DNA of 64,000 nt from Heteronotia binoei (taxonomy: Eukaryota): the NCBI RefSeq assembly GCF_032191835.1, contig NC_083236.1, forward strand, positions 34,162,001 to 34,226,000, in the 5' to 3' direction. Positions 1 through 13,183 of this stretch are shown in pieces. Under the pieces are notes generated by a model. That model searched no databases. It was not told where the DNA came from and worked only from the letters and a program-made list of their open reading frames with translations. The translations under genes were made by a program, and so were the position numbers. The number at the start of each line of letters is the position of its first letter. Positions within the stretch are counted from its first letter, which is position 1.

Positions 1-54
1 CCTTGGGAAGTGATTGGTGAAAATTAAGAAGCATTCTGGCTCTTGAGTCTAGAC

Positions 55-190
55 TAGGGATGGCCAACGGTAGCTCTCCAGATGTTTTTTGCCTACAACT
101 CCCATCAGCCCCAGCCAGCATAGCCAATGGCTGGGGCTGATGGAAGTTGTAGGCAAAAAACATCTGGAGAGCTACCGTTGGCCACCCCTG
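55..190. mobile_element. Palindromic non-autonomous hAT MITE (136 bp)
   Basis: Whole element is an inverted repeat (TAGGGATGGCCAACGGTAGCTCTCCAGATG...CATCTGGAGAGCTACCGTTGGCCACCCCTG). Flanks GTCTAGAC (47-54) and GTCTAGAG (191-198) match 7/8; an 8-bp TSD is the hAT signature. Confidence 0.85.
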
Positions 191-1140
191 GTCTAGAGCA
201 CCGTTGCTGAAATCCCATGTACAGCAAGTTCTAGGAGAAATCTGTCCTGAGTCTGCTCAGAAGGCTTCCCCAAGATTCCTGAGAGGATCACTCTTGTGAC
301 TGGATTGGAAGTAAATGAAACATCGATTGATTTGCAGAAGAATGTTCAGATTGGCTGCACTGAATAGCATCAGTTATGAGGTAGTTTGGTGGCCTCCTCT
401 GCACTCTTTGATCTGTGACAGTGCATTTACACTTTCAAATCATAACTCCTTGCTACAAGTCAAGTGTTGAACATGAATGTGTGAATCGGGTTAGCATCCC
501 AGCTAGGGAAGCTGTGCTTGGTCCAGAAAACATCCCTGCTCACTAGACGTGGTGACCAAAAACCTTTTTCTCCTGATCAACACCTACTGGTTATCCTTGG
601 CCCAAAGGATGTCCACTTAGCCTCAACCAGCACCAGGGCTTTCTCTGTCCTGACCCTACCTGGTGGAACATGTTCCTGTCTGCAAAATGGAGCTGTTCTG
701 CCAGGCTATTAGTTGAGACGATGGACACTTAAAGCATCTGGCCTCCTGCTACTACTGCCCATTTGCCCATGTGGAGCATTGACATTGTATAGATCTTGTC
801 TGACTCCATCTTATCTACTCCAGCGATGGGGTTGTACAATAATAATTTATGCCTCGCCACCTTTTTAATTGTCTTAATCTGAGCAATTGTTTCTATAATT
901 ATATGCTGACTGGTTTTTAATGTTCTTTTGATTTGTTGTTACCCGCCCTGAGCCCACTTGCAGGGAGGGTGGAATGGAATTCGAAAGAATAAAATAAAAA
1001 TAAACCAGCTGATATTCTTTTGTTCATGATCAGCAGAAAAGCCTTGTATGTGTGTGGCTCCATCTCAGATGCAAGGAGAACCTCACAATCCCCAGCTGCG
1101 GAACAAAGAAGAAGGCCACACCTGGTTCTTATACAGATTA

Positions 1141-1300
1141 AAACGGATAAAAGGAAGTACTTCTTCACCCAAAGGGTGATTAACATGTGAAATTCACTGC
1201 CACAGGAGGTGGTGGCAGCCACAAGCATAGCCACCTTCAAGAGGGGTTTAGATAGAAATATGGAGCAGAGGTCCATCAGTGGCTATTAGCCACAGTGTGT
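1141..1300 (+). mobile_element. CR1 LINE 3' fragment (end of ORF2 and start of 3'UTR)
   Basis: Near-identical to the 3' parts of the CR1 copies at 50652-51331 and 60237-61016 (AAGTACTTCTTCACCCAAAGGGTGATT...CATCAGTGGCTATTAGCCACAG). Confidence 0.85.
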
Positions 1301-2944
1301 ATATATATATATATATCACCGTAAGTTGGCTGCAGCTTGTTGGCAAAAAGAAGATTCAAAGCCTAACATGAAAGTAATAGAGTGGTCTTAAGACCGTCAT
1401 TCTCTCTTGGCTTAACCTACCTCACAGGCTTGCTGTGCAGATCAAATAGAGGGGAGGAGCCATGTGTACTGCTCTAAGCTCCTAGGAAGACATGTGTGAT
1501 AAAAAACATACCAGATAGACAAATTGTAATGCTTAGAAAAAGATCTTGCCCAAATGAATTGAAATGTCCAGATCATCAATACTGTAACTGTATATTGCAG
1601 TTTAATTTTCCAGCAGTTTGGTCTATAAATATAACTTGCATTCCTTTCCTCATACTGAAGAAAAAATTCCACCTTCCCAGAAACTTGCATATACTTACAG
1701 TGCAAAGCTTAGAAAGGGCCAGGTTTTCAGCTCCGATTATTCAGTGGATTGAATTTTACATTTTTCCTCCTGGGAAATTTAAGCCCATCTCAGTTCCTTG
1801 CTACTACTCCATATACCCTAAAAATACACTGAGGGGCTCAGATGGTATTGCTATGCCTATAGGGTTGACTCCAGCCAGCCTTTTCATGCAATCTTGCCCA
1901 GTCCCCTTCCTTACCACAACCCACCTCTCCCACATGGCTTTTGGGCATGCAGATCCCATGATCCTCAGCACAGCCTTTTTGGTGGTCAAACAGAGCTTCT
2001 TTCTTTCTCCCCTAACAGAAGAACAAAGGACCTGGTTGGCTCCAACCTGCTATTTCCGTGATGCTTCTGAACTCATCTCCCATAATCCCAATAGCAGAAA
2101 TCAAGCCACCAAATGTATTTGTTCAGCTTCTCCACTTTAATACTTCCACCACATTAACAAGCTAGGAAGACCTCAGGGTAAATCTTTTGCATCCTCTGTG
2201 GTGTAAGGGGAATCCATGGTTAATGCTGTTCTCCTCGTGTGGCAAACCAAACCACAGTCCATCTCGGAGCCCATCTGTACCTCTGCTTTGTGAAGCAAAA
2301 GGCAGCCTGGTTGGCTCTCTGGGCTGCATCTGGGATTGCCCATCAAAGAGCTCTAAACAAGAAGCAAACAAACAGCTGTTCTGGCATCCAGATCCTGTGA
2401 CTTGGATATGAAGCACATCACTGTGATATTGTTTCAGTATCTTTCCAAGACTGGCAGGGGAGAGGGAGGATTCTATATTGCAGGGGTGCAAAACATACAA
2501 CCGAGGGATCACATGCAGCCCACTAACACATGTGGTCCAGCTAACAGCCCCCCTACCAATCTGGTGGGTTAGCTGGCATTGCTGGGTTGTGTGCCCACTA
2601 TTGACTATGCCTCAGTGCCCAAATAAATGAACAGCAAATCTTAGGCAAGCTGCTAAGAAGCACTAACATCTGGAATCCCTCCCTTTGAAATGCTAACAGC
2701 AAAGCAGGGACCCAGATTGCGAACAGTAAAGCCAAGTGCAGGTTGAGAGGTTAATCCCCCTCTCCCTTCTTTGCACAACCCCAGGGCAAATTGAGGCTGT
2801 GTTAACCTGCAATTGGCCATGGAGCTATGAAACAAGATTGTGACATACATTCATATTGAATCCCCACCCCACCCAGCAACACAAACCCTGAGATTCCTAT
2901 GGTGACCTAATTATGTCATGGCGCAGGCCCTTGTGATGTCATTC

Positions 2945-3230
2945 AGTCACATAAGAGAAGCCATGTTGGATCCGGCCAGTGGCCCATCCAGTCCAACACT
3001 GTCATGCAGTGGTCAAAAAAAAGGTGCCATTAGGAGGTCCATCAGTGGGGCCAGGACACTAGAAGCCCTCCCACCGTCCCCCCCCCACACACAAAGCACC
3101 AAGAATACAGAGCATCACTGCCCCAGATAGAGAGTTCCATCAATACACTGTGGCTAATAGCCACTGATGGACCTCTGCTCCATGTTTATCCAGTCCCCTC
3201 TTGAAGCTGTCTATGCTTGCAGCTGCCGCC
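2945..3230 (-). mobile_element. CR1 LINE 3'UTR fragment
   Basis: Reverse complement of the CR1 3'UTR seen at 51100-51331 (CATAAGAGAAGCCATGTTGGATC...GGCTAATAGCCACTGATGGACCTCTGCTCC). Confidence 0.85.
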
Positions 3231-3893
3231 ACCACACAACTGAGTAGTCCACATGAAAAAGGTAAAAAGAATGTAGCCTCATCCAAGTAAATCTGGAGTA
3301 GCCCCAGATCTGTTCTTTTACTTTACAAGGTAATTTGACAGCAATATATAATTTGCCAGGGTATCTGTGCCAGGGAAGGCTTATTTTATTTTATTGGCAG
3401 AGGCTGTACTTTCGAAAAAACCACTTTCAATTCCTTTTGGAAATGATCCTGCACCAGGAAAATATTTATTATGCAGGTAATGGGAGTTAATATTTCCCAC
3501 CCATCCACAAGATTTGACCAGCCATGAAGGAGAAGGGTGAAGTTCACAGGTGATAGCTCTTAGCACCCAAGTCCCCAACAGTATCAATCACAGAAAACTG
3601 ACAGGTAAGTGCCTCAGCTGCTCTGACTCCAAGAACTACAAAAAACTGTATGAGTGTGAAAGCAGTTTTTGGCCTATGGAGGCCCCATGTATGTTTGTAA
3701 AAGCTAAGCCAGCTGTGATCAACCTCTTGGTCCTGGAAAGTACAATCAACTTGCAGCCAACCTATGGCCAACCCTCCATGGAGGTTTTCAGGGCCAGAAG
3801 CCTTCAGAGGTGGTTGCTATGCCTGCCTCTGTATAGCAACCCTGGTTGTCCTTGGTGGTGTCCAATCCAGAGCTGATGCTGCTTAGTTTATGG

Positions 3894-4029
3894 CAGGGAT
3901 GGCCAATGGTAGCTCTCCAGATGTTTTTGCCTACAACTCCCATCAGCCTCAGCCATTGGCCATGCTGGCTGGGGCTGATGGGAGTTGTAGGCAAAAAAAC
4001 ATCTGGAGAGCTGCCGTTGGCCATCCCTG
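3894..4029. mobile_element. Palindromic hAT MITE, same family as 55-190
   Basis: 136-bp fold-back; perfect 8-bp TSD GTTTATGG at 3886-3893 and 4030-4037. Confidence 0.9.
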
Positions 4030-4181
4030 GTTTATGGGATTGGATGAGGCTGGGCTTGTCTGGACCATCCAGATCAGGGTCATTAATGTCTTAAATCCTG
4101 TTTTCCCCCCAATGCTGATGGCTAAGAAACCAGTAAAATGAAAGCACAAGGGTGCTGATTTTTACACCCACACACACTTTG

Positions 4182-4203
4182 GAGAGAGAGAGAGAGAGAG
4201 AGA
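4182..4203. repeat. (GA)11 microsatellite
   Basis: Read directly from the sequence. Confidence 0.95.
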
Positions 4204-4586
4204 CTCCAGGGTACATATTTTGCTGCTGTTAATATGCATTACAATTTGAAATGAGCTTTCCCCAAGTTGTCAACTTAAGTGCTTTGGATGATCTATGAAT
4301 GTTATGTCCTATGTGGTCAGCAGGGGAGGGAGTGTGCAGAAATGCTAGTCAATGATTGAACAGTGTGTGTATATACGCTCATGTGTGCATGAAACCCATC
4401 ATGCCTATAGGAATCCAGCATGCAGACAGAGTTAACATGAAACTGTTTTGTACGTAAGTGCCATCAAGTCACAACTGACTTATGGTAGCTCCAGCAAGCG
4501 GCTTTCAAGGCAAGTGAGAAGTGGAGGGGGTTCCCATGGCTTTCCTCTGCAGAGTCTTCCTTGGTTGTCACCACTTAGCCCTATAC

Positions 4587-4938
4587 CAGAGGTGGCCAAA
4601 CTGTGGCTCAGTAGCCATGTGGCTCTTTCAATATAATGTGTGGCTCCTAAAGCCACCACCCCACACCCCCATCGGCCAGCTTGGAGAAGGCACTTCTCTC
4701 TTTAAATCACTTCTCCAAATCAAGTCAGTCAGTGGCTTGGAAAATGCATTTAAAGTTAAAGTTGCTTTCTTTCCATCTCTCCTTCCCCCATCTATTTGCC
4801 TTCCTTCCTTGTGGCTCTCAAACATCTGATGTTCATGTCTTGCAGCTCTCAAACATCTGATATTCATGTATTGCGGCTCTCAAACTTCTGATGTTTATTC
4901 TATGTGGCTCTTATGTTAAGCAAGTTTGGCCACCCCTG
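4587..4938. mobile_element. Non-autonomous hAT element
   Basis: TIRs CAGAGGTGGCCAAAC / GTTTGGCCACCCCTG; flanks CCCTATAC / GGCTATAC (6/8). Related copies at 12904-13183 (flanks ACCTAAGG / CCCTAAGG) and about 30188-30504 (inverted, partial). Confidence 0.8.
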
Positions 4939-7498
4939 GGCTATACCATTCTGCCTTCCCTTTCATGAAAGAGTTACACAGGAAAATAGGGAGCTCTCCC
5001 AAAGAAGGTTGCATGAATTATCCCACATCTGGAAACTAATGCAAATCTCTACCTAGGAAAGTCTTTTTCAATATTTTCACATAATTTCCGGGGGGAGGGG
5101 GTTACCTTCAGTTTTTGTTCACATAGAAACTTTCCCTTGTGTATGCCCACTACAACATGACATGACATTTTATGAGAATTGTGATGCTACAGAAGAAAGG
5201 TGTTATTCTGAAGAGGTAAGGTGAGTGAGCGTGGGTGCAGTCAGGAACGCTGAGGAAGGGGAGGGGGAGATCTGGGCTTCTCAGAACTGAATCACCATTC
5301 TTGTGCAAAGCAATGAAAACAGCTGACCTTGTATAGCAAGAACAGAGAGTCTGTGAGCTGGGTCTGCAACAGCTGCAGCAGCTTGTTCATTGCAATTGAA
5401 AAAGCCAACAGCATTTAGTTCTGCCACAAAAAGATAACAAGAGAAGATAAAGCTAGAAACAAGGGTGAGCTTTCAACCAGGTTTGTAGCACACTTCCAGA
5501 CTAAGCAGAAAGACTTTTATACTTACATCCAATGCAATCCTTTCAATACTGTATCCCTTCAGTAATGGTTGGCCGGGTGGCTGCCAAGTAAGCACATCTG
5601 GATTCTGTTAGTTCTGGCATTCCTCAGCCTCTGAATGTATAGCCCAGGGAAGTCTTGTGGAGTTAAATAACTGTGGCTCCCCTATTTGTTCTAGCGAGCA
5701 TTCAGAAGGGGCAGCCGTGCACCCCTTCCACGCATAGGATCACAGGCAAATGTGGCTTATTTCTTGGGTCCAAAAACTTGCCGATAAGTGGGGAAGGCTG
5801 GAAGAAATTTTAAGAACCTTGTCTGAATTAAGAAAAGGAACTCAGCTGGGCTCCAAGCACTAGTCACATGACCTGCGCAGATGTTTCAGTCCAAGAGTTG
5901 GAACAGTCAAGGCATACACGTGATACAGATGTTCAGCAGCACAAAGGGGGCCGGCTTAAGTATGCATGTGCTTGGGAGGGTGCGTTTCCATGTGTGCGCA
6001 CAGATGCAAAAAAAAAAGTTTGAAATTTGGAAACAGCCATCCCCTGGCTCCTCTTTTTAAAAATGCACACATAAAATTAGCTGCTTGTAAAACATAAATG
6101 GAGTGGTGCTTTTAAAACTTAGGAAGACTTATAAAATAGTTCGCACTTCTAGCGGAATGCCAGGGTGATCTCACACACACACAAGCTTGCCTTTTTAAAA
6201 AAGAAAGCCATCCCATTAAGTGTTTTAGTCTGAGGCCAAGTAGCACATCGGTTTTAAAACTGAGAAATGAAATGTATGCGTTGTAAGACATATTGGATTA
6301 TTATTAATGAAGATGAGAGGAGTCATGGTTCAGACAAGCTGTCTTGTATGCATAAAGTCCAGATTCAGTCTCTGGCATCTCCAGAATCAGGTTGTAGGTG
6401 ATGCAAAAGATCTCTGCTTGAGACCCTGGAGAGCCGCTGTCAGTCTGAGTAGACGATACAATGACTTTGATGGACAAAAGGAGGCCAGTTCCTGAGCGGA
6501 ACCTGGGGATCCCCCAGAATTACAGCTCATCTCCAGACTACAGAGATCAGTTCCCCTGGAGAAAATAGATGCTTTGGAGGGTGGACTCTGTGGCACTGAA
6601 TCCCGCTGAGGTCCCTGTCCTCCTCAGGCTCCATCCCCCAAATCTCCAAGAGCTTCCCAATCTAGAGCTGGCAACACTGCTCCCCTCCCCACAATGGCCA
6701 GGGAGGACCTGGTAACCCTAGATAGACCAATAGTCTGATTCAGTTATAAGGCAGCTTCATATGTTCATGATTTTAATGATAATTTGTCTTGGACCAATAA
6801 CCCCAATCAGGGTTGTTGTTTTAAGCAGGAACACAGTTATGGCAGGCTTTGCGACAGGGGTGTGCCTAATATGCAAATAAGTTCCTGCTGGGTTTTTCCT
6901 ACCAAAAAAGCCCTGTGTGAAACAATGGTGCTGTCTGGGATGTGGCCTAACATGCAAATGAGTTCCTGCTGGGCTTTTTCTACAAAAAAAGCCCTGACCC
7001 AAATACACTGTGCTCCTCAGAACAGCACCAACAAAAGGCAGGGTCCTGGCCACTACAGACTTGGCAAGTCACAGAGATGGAAGAATTGGGAACTGGTCTC
7101 CCACTGTAGTTTCAGCTTCATATTACAGCTGTGGAGGCTTAATTCCAGAGCAGCCCAGGGACCCAGAGTGATTTGCAGCTGGAAGAAGGGCTGCTGAAGA
7201 TAACTAGGCTGTCTGGGATGAATTCAAGAGGGTGAGTCATAAGAAGGGAGAGCAGGAGAATTGGGAAGAGCTTCCCCATGAGCAGTTAGCCCCTGCACAG
7301 GAAACGGCTGGCACTGGGGGAGTTGCATTTATTTCTTATTTTACCTCATTTCTTTTAATGGTTTTAATGGTTTAAATGGGTTTAATGGTTTAAATGGGTT
7401 TAGATGTATTTAAATGGTATGAATATGAATATGTGTGTTTGATGTGTTGGTATGTTTTGTGGAAGAGCACCTCATTTCGTTGCTCTTCCACAAAACAT

Positions 7499-7772
7499 TT
7501 TTGGTGTAGTGGTTAAGTGTGCGGACTCTTATCTGGGAGAACCGGGTTTGATTCCCCACTCCTCCACTTGCACCTGCTGGAATGGCCTTGGGTCAGCCAT
7601 AGCTCTAGCAGAGGTTGTCCTTGAAAGGGCAGCTGCTGTGAGAGCCCTCTCCAGCCCCACCCACCTCACAGGGTGTCTGTTGTGGGGGAGGAAGGTAAAG
7701 GAGATTGTGAGCCGCTCTGAGACTCTTTGGAGTGGAGGGCGGGATATAAATCCAATATCTTCTTCTTCTTCT
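7499..7772 (+). mobile_element. tRNA-derived SINE, Squam3-like
   Basis: A/B-box-like head (TGGTGTAGTGGTTAAG...GGTTTGATTCCCC), body, and (TTC)n tail; several near-identical copies in the window. Family name is from recall. Confidence 0.8.
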
Positions 7773-10700
7773 CTCTTTTTGTTGAGAACAATGACAATAA
7801 ATTTATCTATCATTTCTGCCCCCCCTTTCTCCCCAGGGAGGGCCCAAAGTAGCTAACAACATCCTCTTCTTCTCCATTTAATGCTTACAATGACCCTGTG
7901 AGGTAGGCTGAGAACACACAACTGGACCAAGGTCCCCCAGCAAATTGCTATGGCCAAGTGGGAATTCGAACCTGGAACCTCCCAGATCCCAGACACGGAC
8001 TTCAGGCTGGCTTTCAGTTATAAGTTTAGTAATGATGTGTACAATTGTAATGTGTCAAAGTGGACCCTCTTTTTGGTTGTCCATAGAAGGACCACCCTTC
8101 TTAGGTCAGGTAGGGAAGGGAAGACTATATTTGTGTGGATGGTTTTCCTTTTAATGGAGTTTATGGTTGTAGTTTAGAAATGCAACCCCTGGGATTGGAG
8201 GGGGAAGGCAGACAGTGGGGCTGTTTTATCTTCCTCCCTCATCTTGTTTTCCCACTGTAAAATCACTGCCACCAGCAGCAGCTGCTTTCCCCCTTGCTGA
8301 AGAAAACACGGGTGTGGCATTCTTTTCTCAGAAAGGACGGGAACCTGTGAATCAGTCACCCTCTCTTCACTCCAGCTCCTTCTGACTCAAAATCCAGCAG
8401 CTGCCTTTGGTAAACAGAACCATCTGAAGAAAATAACTGCAGATGTGAAGGACTGGCCCTGAGGGAGGGAGGTGTTCAGCTCCTGTCTGAGATCCAGGAT
8501 CCTCAAGAGAACCTGCTAGCTGGGGGAAGTGGAGGGAGGACTGGATCCCTAAGTTTTTTTAATTTAGACATTTAAACCTTGCTTTTGGCCCCAATTAGGA
8601 CCCAAAGCAGCTTCCAACATCGCCTGCCCTCCTCCGCTTTATCCTCGCAACAACTGCACTGTGGTGGTTGGCCCAAGATCTCCCAGAGGGCTTCCATCAC
8701 CGAGTGAGGATCTGAACAGTGTTAATCTGAACAAGAAGATGATGATATTGGATTTATATCCCTCCCTCCACTCCGAATCTGGCACTCTGACCACACCCCT
8801 CTCCCTGAATTTTGATAACAGCTGAGAGAGTTCATGTATGAGGGAAGCCAAGGAGACAATTTTGGAGGAAACAGTGTTGGGGAAGGGAAGGGATGGATCA
8901 AGCTGGAAGAGCAGAGTGCAAGGGCAGGCAGGGTGGGGCAGACGTTTTGCATGCCAGTCATTGAATTCCAGTATACCCTAGTGATGAAGTGCAAGTGGCA
9001 AAAAGTTTACTACGTATTGGAGCTGGGGGAGGCGGTTGTGAAGGCGCACATATTACATTAACTCTTGTTACTAATCTATTGGAGAGCTACCTCACTCTTG
9101 GTTTTTTTGTGCTGCGGTATTCACCTTTCTGGGGTGGCTCTCCTAAGTGCTGATGGGGAAATTGGTGGAAATCAGTGCAACATTGTATAATTATATATAC
9201 ATACACATATATCTGTGTGTGTGTCTGTGTGAGCACCAGCACCTTTTTTAAAAAGCAACAAAAGCACTGTGGAAATTAATATGCAACTATGTTTGAACAA
9301 GGGGTGGGGGGAAAGGGCCATGTTGTATGGTGTATACAACAATGATACAGGAAAATATGAAGCGTAAATGTTGATAAATAGCAAATTAAGCCTTTGCACA
9401 CTGATGCAGCAGTACTGAATGGGTGGGGTGGGTTGGGAAATGGTTCTGCACATAACACCATGATCCATGTGTCAGCTAAGATGCCAGCTGTACCTCATGC
9501 CCAAATCCAAGATGGCAGCCTGTGCCCATTGACATAGCAATATTTACCCTCTACCCTATGCATGGCTGCATGCAAAGGTCTCAGATGCAGTCTCTGGCAC
9601 CTACAGTTCAGGATCTTGGGCAACAGATGCTGGGGCAGTGGAGAAGGAAAGAGTGTTCTGGAGCTAGCCAAGGTGAGTGGGCCCTGCAGAGCCACAAGGG
9701 GCCACTTGGTTCAGCAGTGAGCACTGGCTCAGCTAGAGCTTCCTCTTACAAGTGCTTTGGAAGGAGTAAAAAGGCAAACTGGTACCCATTCTCATTGCCC
9801 TTGAAGGGTGAAGACACATGGGCCCACAGATTCTGGCAGTATTCCTGGGGCTTGCTTCCTGCCTTCAAGCTGACCTCTAGAGCAGAAGCCCACCAGGAAA
9901 TTTCCTTGTCAGTCAAATGGCCAGCCCACCTCTCTCAAGAGCTTGAGAGACTCTCGAGAGCTTGTGCCAGTCATAATGGGCAGTACTGAGCAGACCAATC
10001 CTTTGACTCAGGGTTAAGCACTTCCCTATGATCAATGCATTTAGAATCATAGAATTGGAAGGGACCTCCAGGGTCATCTAGTCCAATCCCCTGCACAATG
10101 CAGGAACTTCACAAACACCTCCCACCACACTCCCAGTGACACCTGCTCCACGGCCAGAAAATGGCAAAAAAATAAAAATACCAACCCCACCCCCCTCTAA
10201 GATCTCTGGCAAAACTGGCCTGGAGAAAATTGCGGCCTGACCCCCGAGCGACGAACAGCATTTCCCTGGGCATGTAAGAAAGGGCCACAAGAACTAGTTA
10301 CTTACCACCATTAGAATTCTAATCATTGCCTGAAACTACTGTACTAGCACCTGTGGATGTTTTAATAATTGTTCTTATGTTTTGACTGTTGTTTTGTTTG
10401 GTCACGCTAATCTGATTGTGTGACCCTTAATCTGTGAGCCGCCCTGAGCCTGCATTTGGCAGGAAGGGCGGGATATAAAATAAGTAAATAAACTAAGCAC
10501 TGATGCAACCCTTCCTGCGCCCTCCTTCACATGATCTGCCTAAATTCACAGAATTAGCATTGCTGTCAGATGGCCACCCAGCCTCTGCTTTAAAAGCTCC
10601 AAAGGAGAACCCACCACGTCCCAAAGAAGCCTGTTCCACTGAGGAACTGCTTTGTCTGGAAATTCTTCATAATGTTTAGTCAAAAACTCCTGTGATTTAA

Positions 10701-11796
10701 TATCAGTCTCCTGGTTAGGCCTGCTTTCTTGCTTAATAATTTTATTCATGTTTTCTAATGCTTTGGGTTGGCTCTAACAACACATGCCCCTGGGATCCCT
10801 TCTTTCTTCCCATGGTCAGTCCAAAACACAGTCCCAAGCTTTTAAGCTTGGCTGAAGTATTCAAAACAATGCACTTCATGCAACAAAACTCCCCTTTGAA
10901 CTCTTGCTGTGCAATTCTCAAGAGGTATTCCCAGAACATAGAAGCATTTGTTCCTTTTGAAACACAAAGCAGTTTTATTTGATTTTTGCCTTATCTTGGT
11001 GTGTTGAAAAAGAACAGCATGTTTTGAACTTGGCAATACAAAACAAAAATATCTCTTAAGGCTGCCAGTACATATGGTTAGACTAAATTTTGTAGTAACA
11101 AAACAAAATTCAAGAAGGATCCAAGTGTACGGTTAACAAGGAAATATTGATGCTTTCCCTTATCCGTTTGGCACTTCAAAAGGCAATGTAAAATGCAAAA
11201 CTACATTTCAAAGATGACAATGCGCAAAAATAAAGAAATGTGGCATATAAAAGAGCTGCCTCTAATTTCTTTTTGCAAATCACTGGGTATTTCCCCTGTT
11301 GCAAAAGCAAAGCCAAAGGCTGCTTTCCGAAGCTGCCTTTCTGCTCACACCCCTCCTTGTCCGGTGTGGAGTTCCTCTGTTGTGTTGTATCCTTCTCGCC
11401 CACCCTTCACTCAGTTTGTCAACTCTGGGTTCATGAAGATTGGGAGGCGGAGCCTGGTGAGGGTGGAGTTTGGAGAAGGGCAAGAACTCGGCCCAAGTCC
11501 ACCCTCCAAAGCAGTCGTGTTCTCCAGGGGAGCTGATCTTTGTAGCCCAGAGGATCAGTTGTAATTCCTGGAAATCTCCAGGCCAACACTAACCTAAACA
11601 CCGTTCAGTCTCTGAACACCCTTGGAGGACTGGCTGCCTCCGCAGTGAGAAAGGGTGCTCACAAAATACAGCTTGGGATTGAAACCTAATTTTCACGGTG
11701 CTCATTAGGAAATCAAAAGAAATTCCATCTGAAATGGCATAATTCTTTGGTCAAGTATGCTTGCTGTTCCATTAAGAAAGTGGGATGGGGAAACGC

Positions 11797-12047
11797 ACCG
11801 ATTTTCCACTAGCCTTATGTCGCTCTCACACTCCTCTTCTCTGCGGGGCTTCCCTCAGATTTCACACTATAATGCCCCAAGGGCTGCAACGAGCTTCGCC
11901 TTTCTTGCGCAGCAAACAAACTGGTTTTTAGAGGATCTTGTTTGCTGCGCCAAAGAGGCAGAGCGAGTTGCAGCCTGTGCAAAATCCGACAGAAACCCCA
12001 CTGAGGAGAGGAGAGTGAGAGCGAGGTAAGGCTAGTGGGAAATTGGT
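11797..12047. mobile_element. Degenerate fold-back MITE, relative of 47284-47549
   Basis: Left arm ACCGATTTTCCACTAGCCTTA... is the reverse complement of ...TAAGGCTAGTGGGAAATTGGT. Central GCGCAGCAAAC / GTTTGCTGCGC matches the 47.3-kb element. Confidence 0.75.
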
Positions 12048-12903
12048 CTCTGTTATTGACATTTTAGAGTTTCCTACAATTCACCAAACTTAAGGATATT
12101 TGCTTATCTTAGGACCATAGACTTGAATAGGAGTCCATCCGTGGGGTGGATCCAACCATCCTCCAAGCATCCTTCCTCCACTAAAGAGTCATTTATGTTG
12201 GCAGTTCCAGTAGGCTCCTTTGGCAGGAGGAAGGCTTCACACTTTGCTTGAGGAAATATCAGGATGCATCCCAACACCTTTTTAGCAATGGTGGACACAA
12301 ATTAAGACTACCAGTGTGATGCTAAGCAGAGTAACACCCTTCTAAGCTTGTGGACTTCCATTGCTTTGGACTGCAACTATGCTTGCTTCATCCAGCACAT
12401 CAGAAATGGAACACAGTTGCATGGGGGACACATGCGGTATTTGTGCGTTTCCCATGTGGGATGTCACAGCAAATTGCGCAACAGGACCTGCATGGCCAAC
12501 AGGACCAAAAATATGCCCAACTAACAGCTGACACTGACTTGCTGTTCCATGGACCTGTTTACTGCATAGCAATGAATGATGCAGTATTTCTGGGAAGTCA
12601 TAACTGATTCCTATGCAAATCAATGTACAGTTGAAGAGTGAAGCTGAAAAATTACCCAGAGCTGAAATAAACCTTGACAGGAAAATCTGCAATTACATTT
12701 AAAAAAAAATAACAGTTTTGATTTGGACATTCTTGCTGCACTCAGACAACAGGATGAACCATGGCACGTTGGATACCATACTACAGTTACAGAAGAGAAA
12801 TAATTCACAACTAGGTTTTACTGCATGACTCACTCAATCCTATTGAGCCTGTCTGCAATATCCAGTGGTGTCCAGCTGCGGTCAAACTCTGGCTAACCTA
12901 AGG

Positions 12904-13183
12904 AGGGGGTGGCCAAACTGTGGCTCTTCCCCACATATTGTGGCAGCTCTTGGAACCCCAACCAACCCACTGACTGGCTTGGAGAAGGCATTTCTCTCTT
13001 TAAATCACTTCTCCAAGCCAAGCCTGCTAGCAGCTTGGAAATGCATTTAAAGTTACTTTCTTTGCATTTCTCCCTCTCTCCTCCCTGCACCCATCTATTT
13101 TCCTCCCTCTCTTTCCTCTAGCTCTCAAATATCTGACATTTATTCTATGTGGCTCTTACGTTAAGCAAGTTTGGTCACCCCTG
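12904..13183. mobile_element. Non-autonomous hAT element (family of 4587-4938)
   Basis: GGGGTGGCCAAAC / GTTTGGTCACCCCTG termini; 7/8 TSD. Confidence 0.8.

Noticed and set aside
1496-2140. 214-aa plus-strand ORF
   Set aside because: No domain, no splice logic and no homology recognised; probably a chance ORF.
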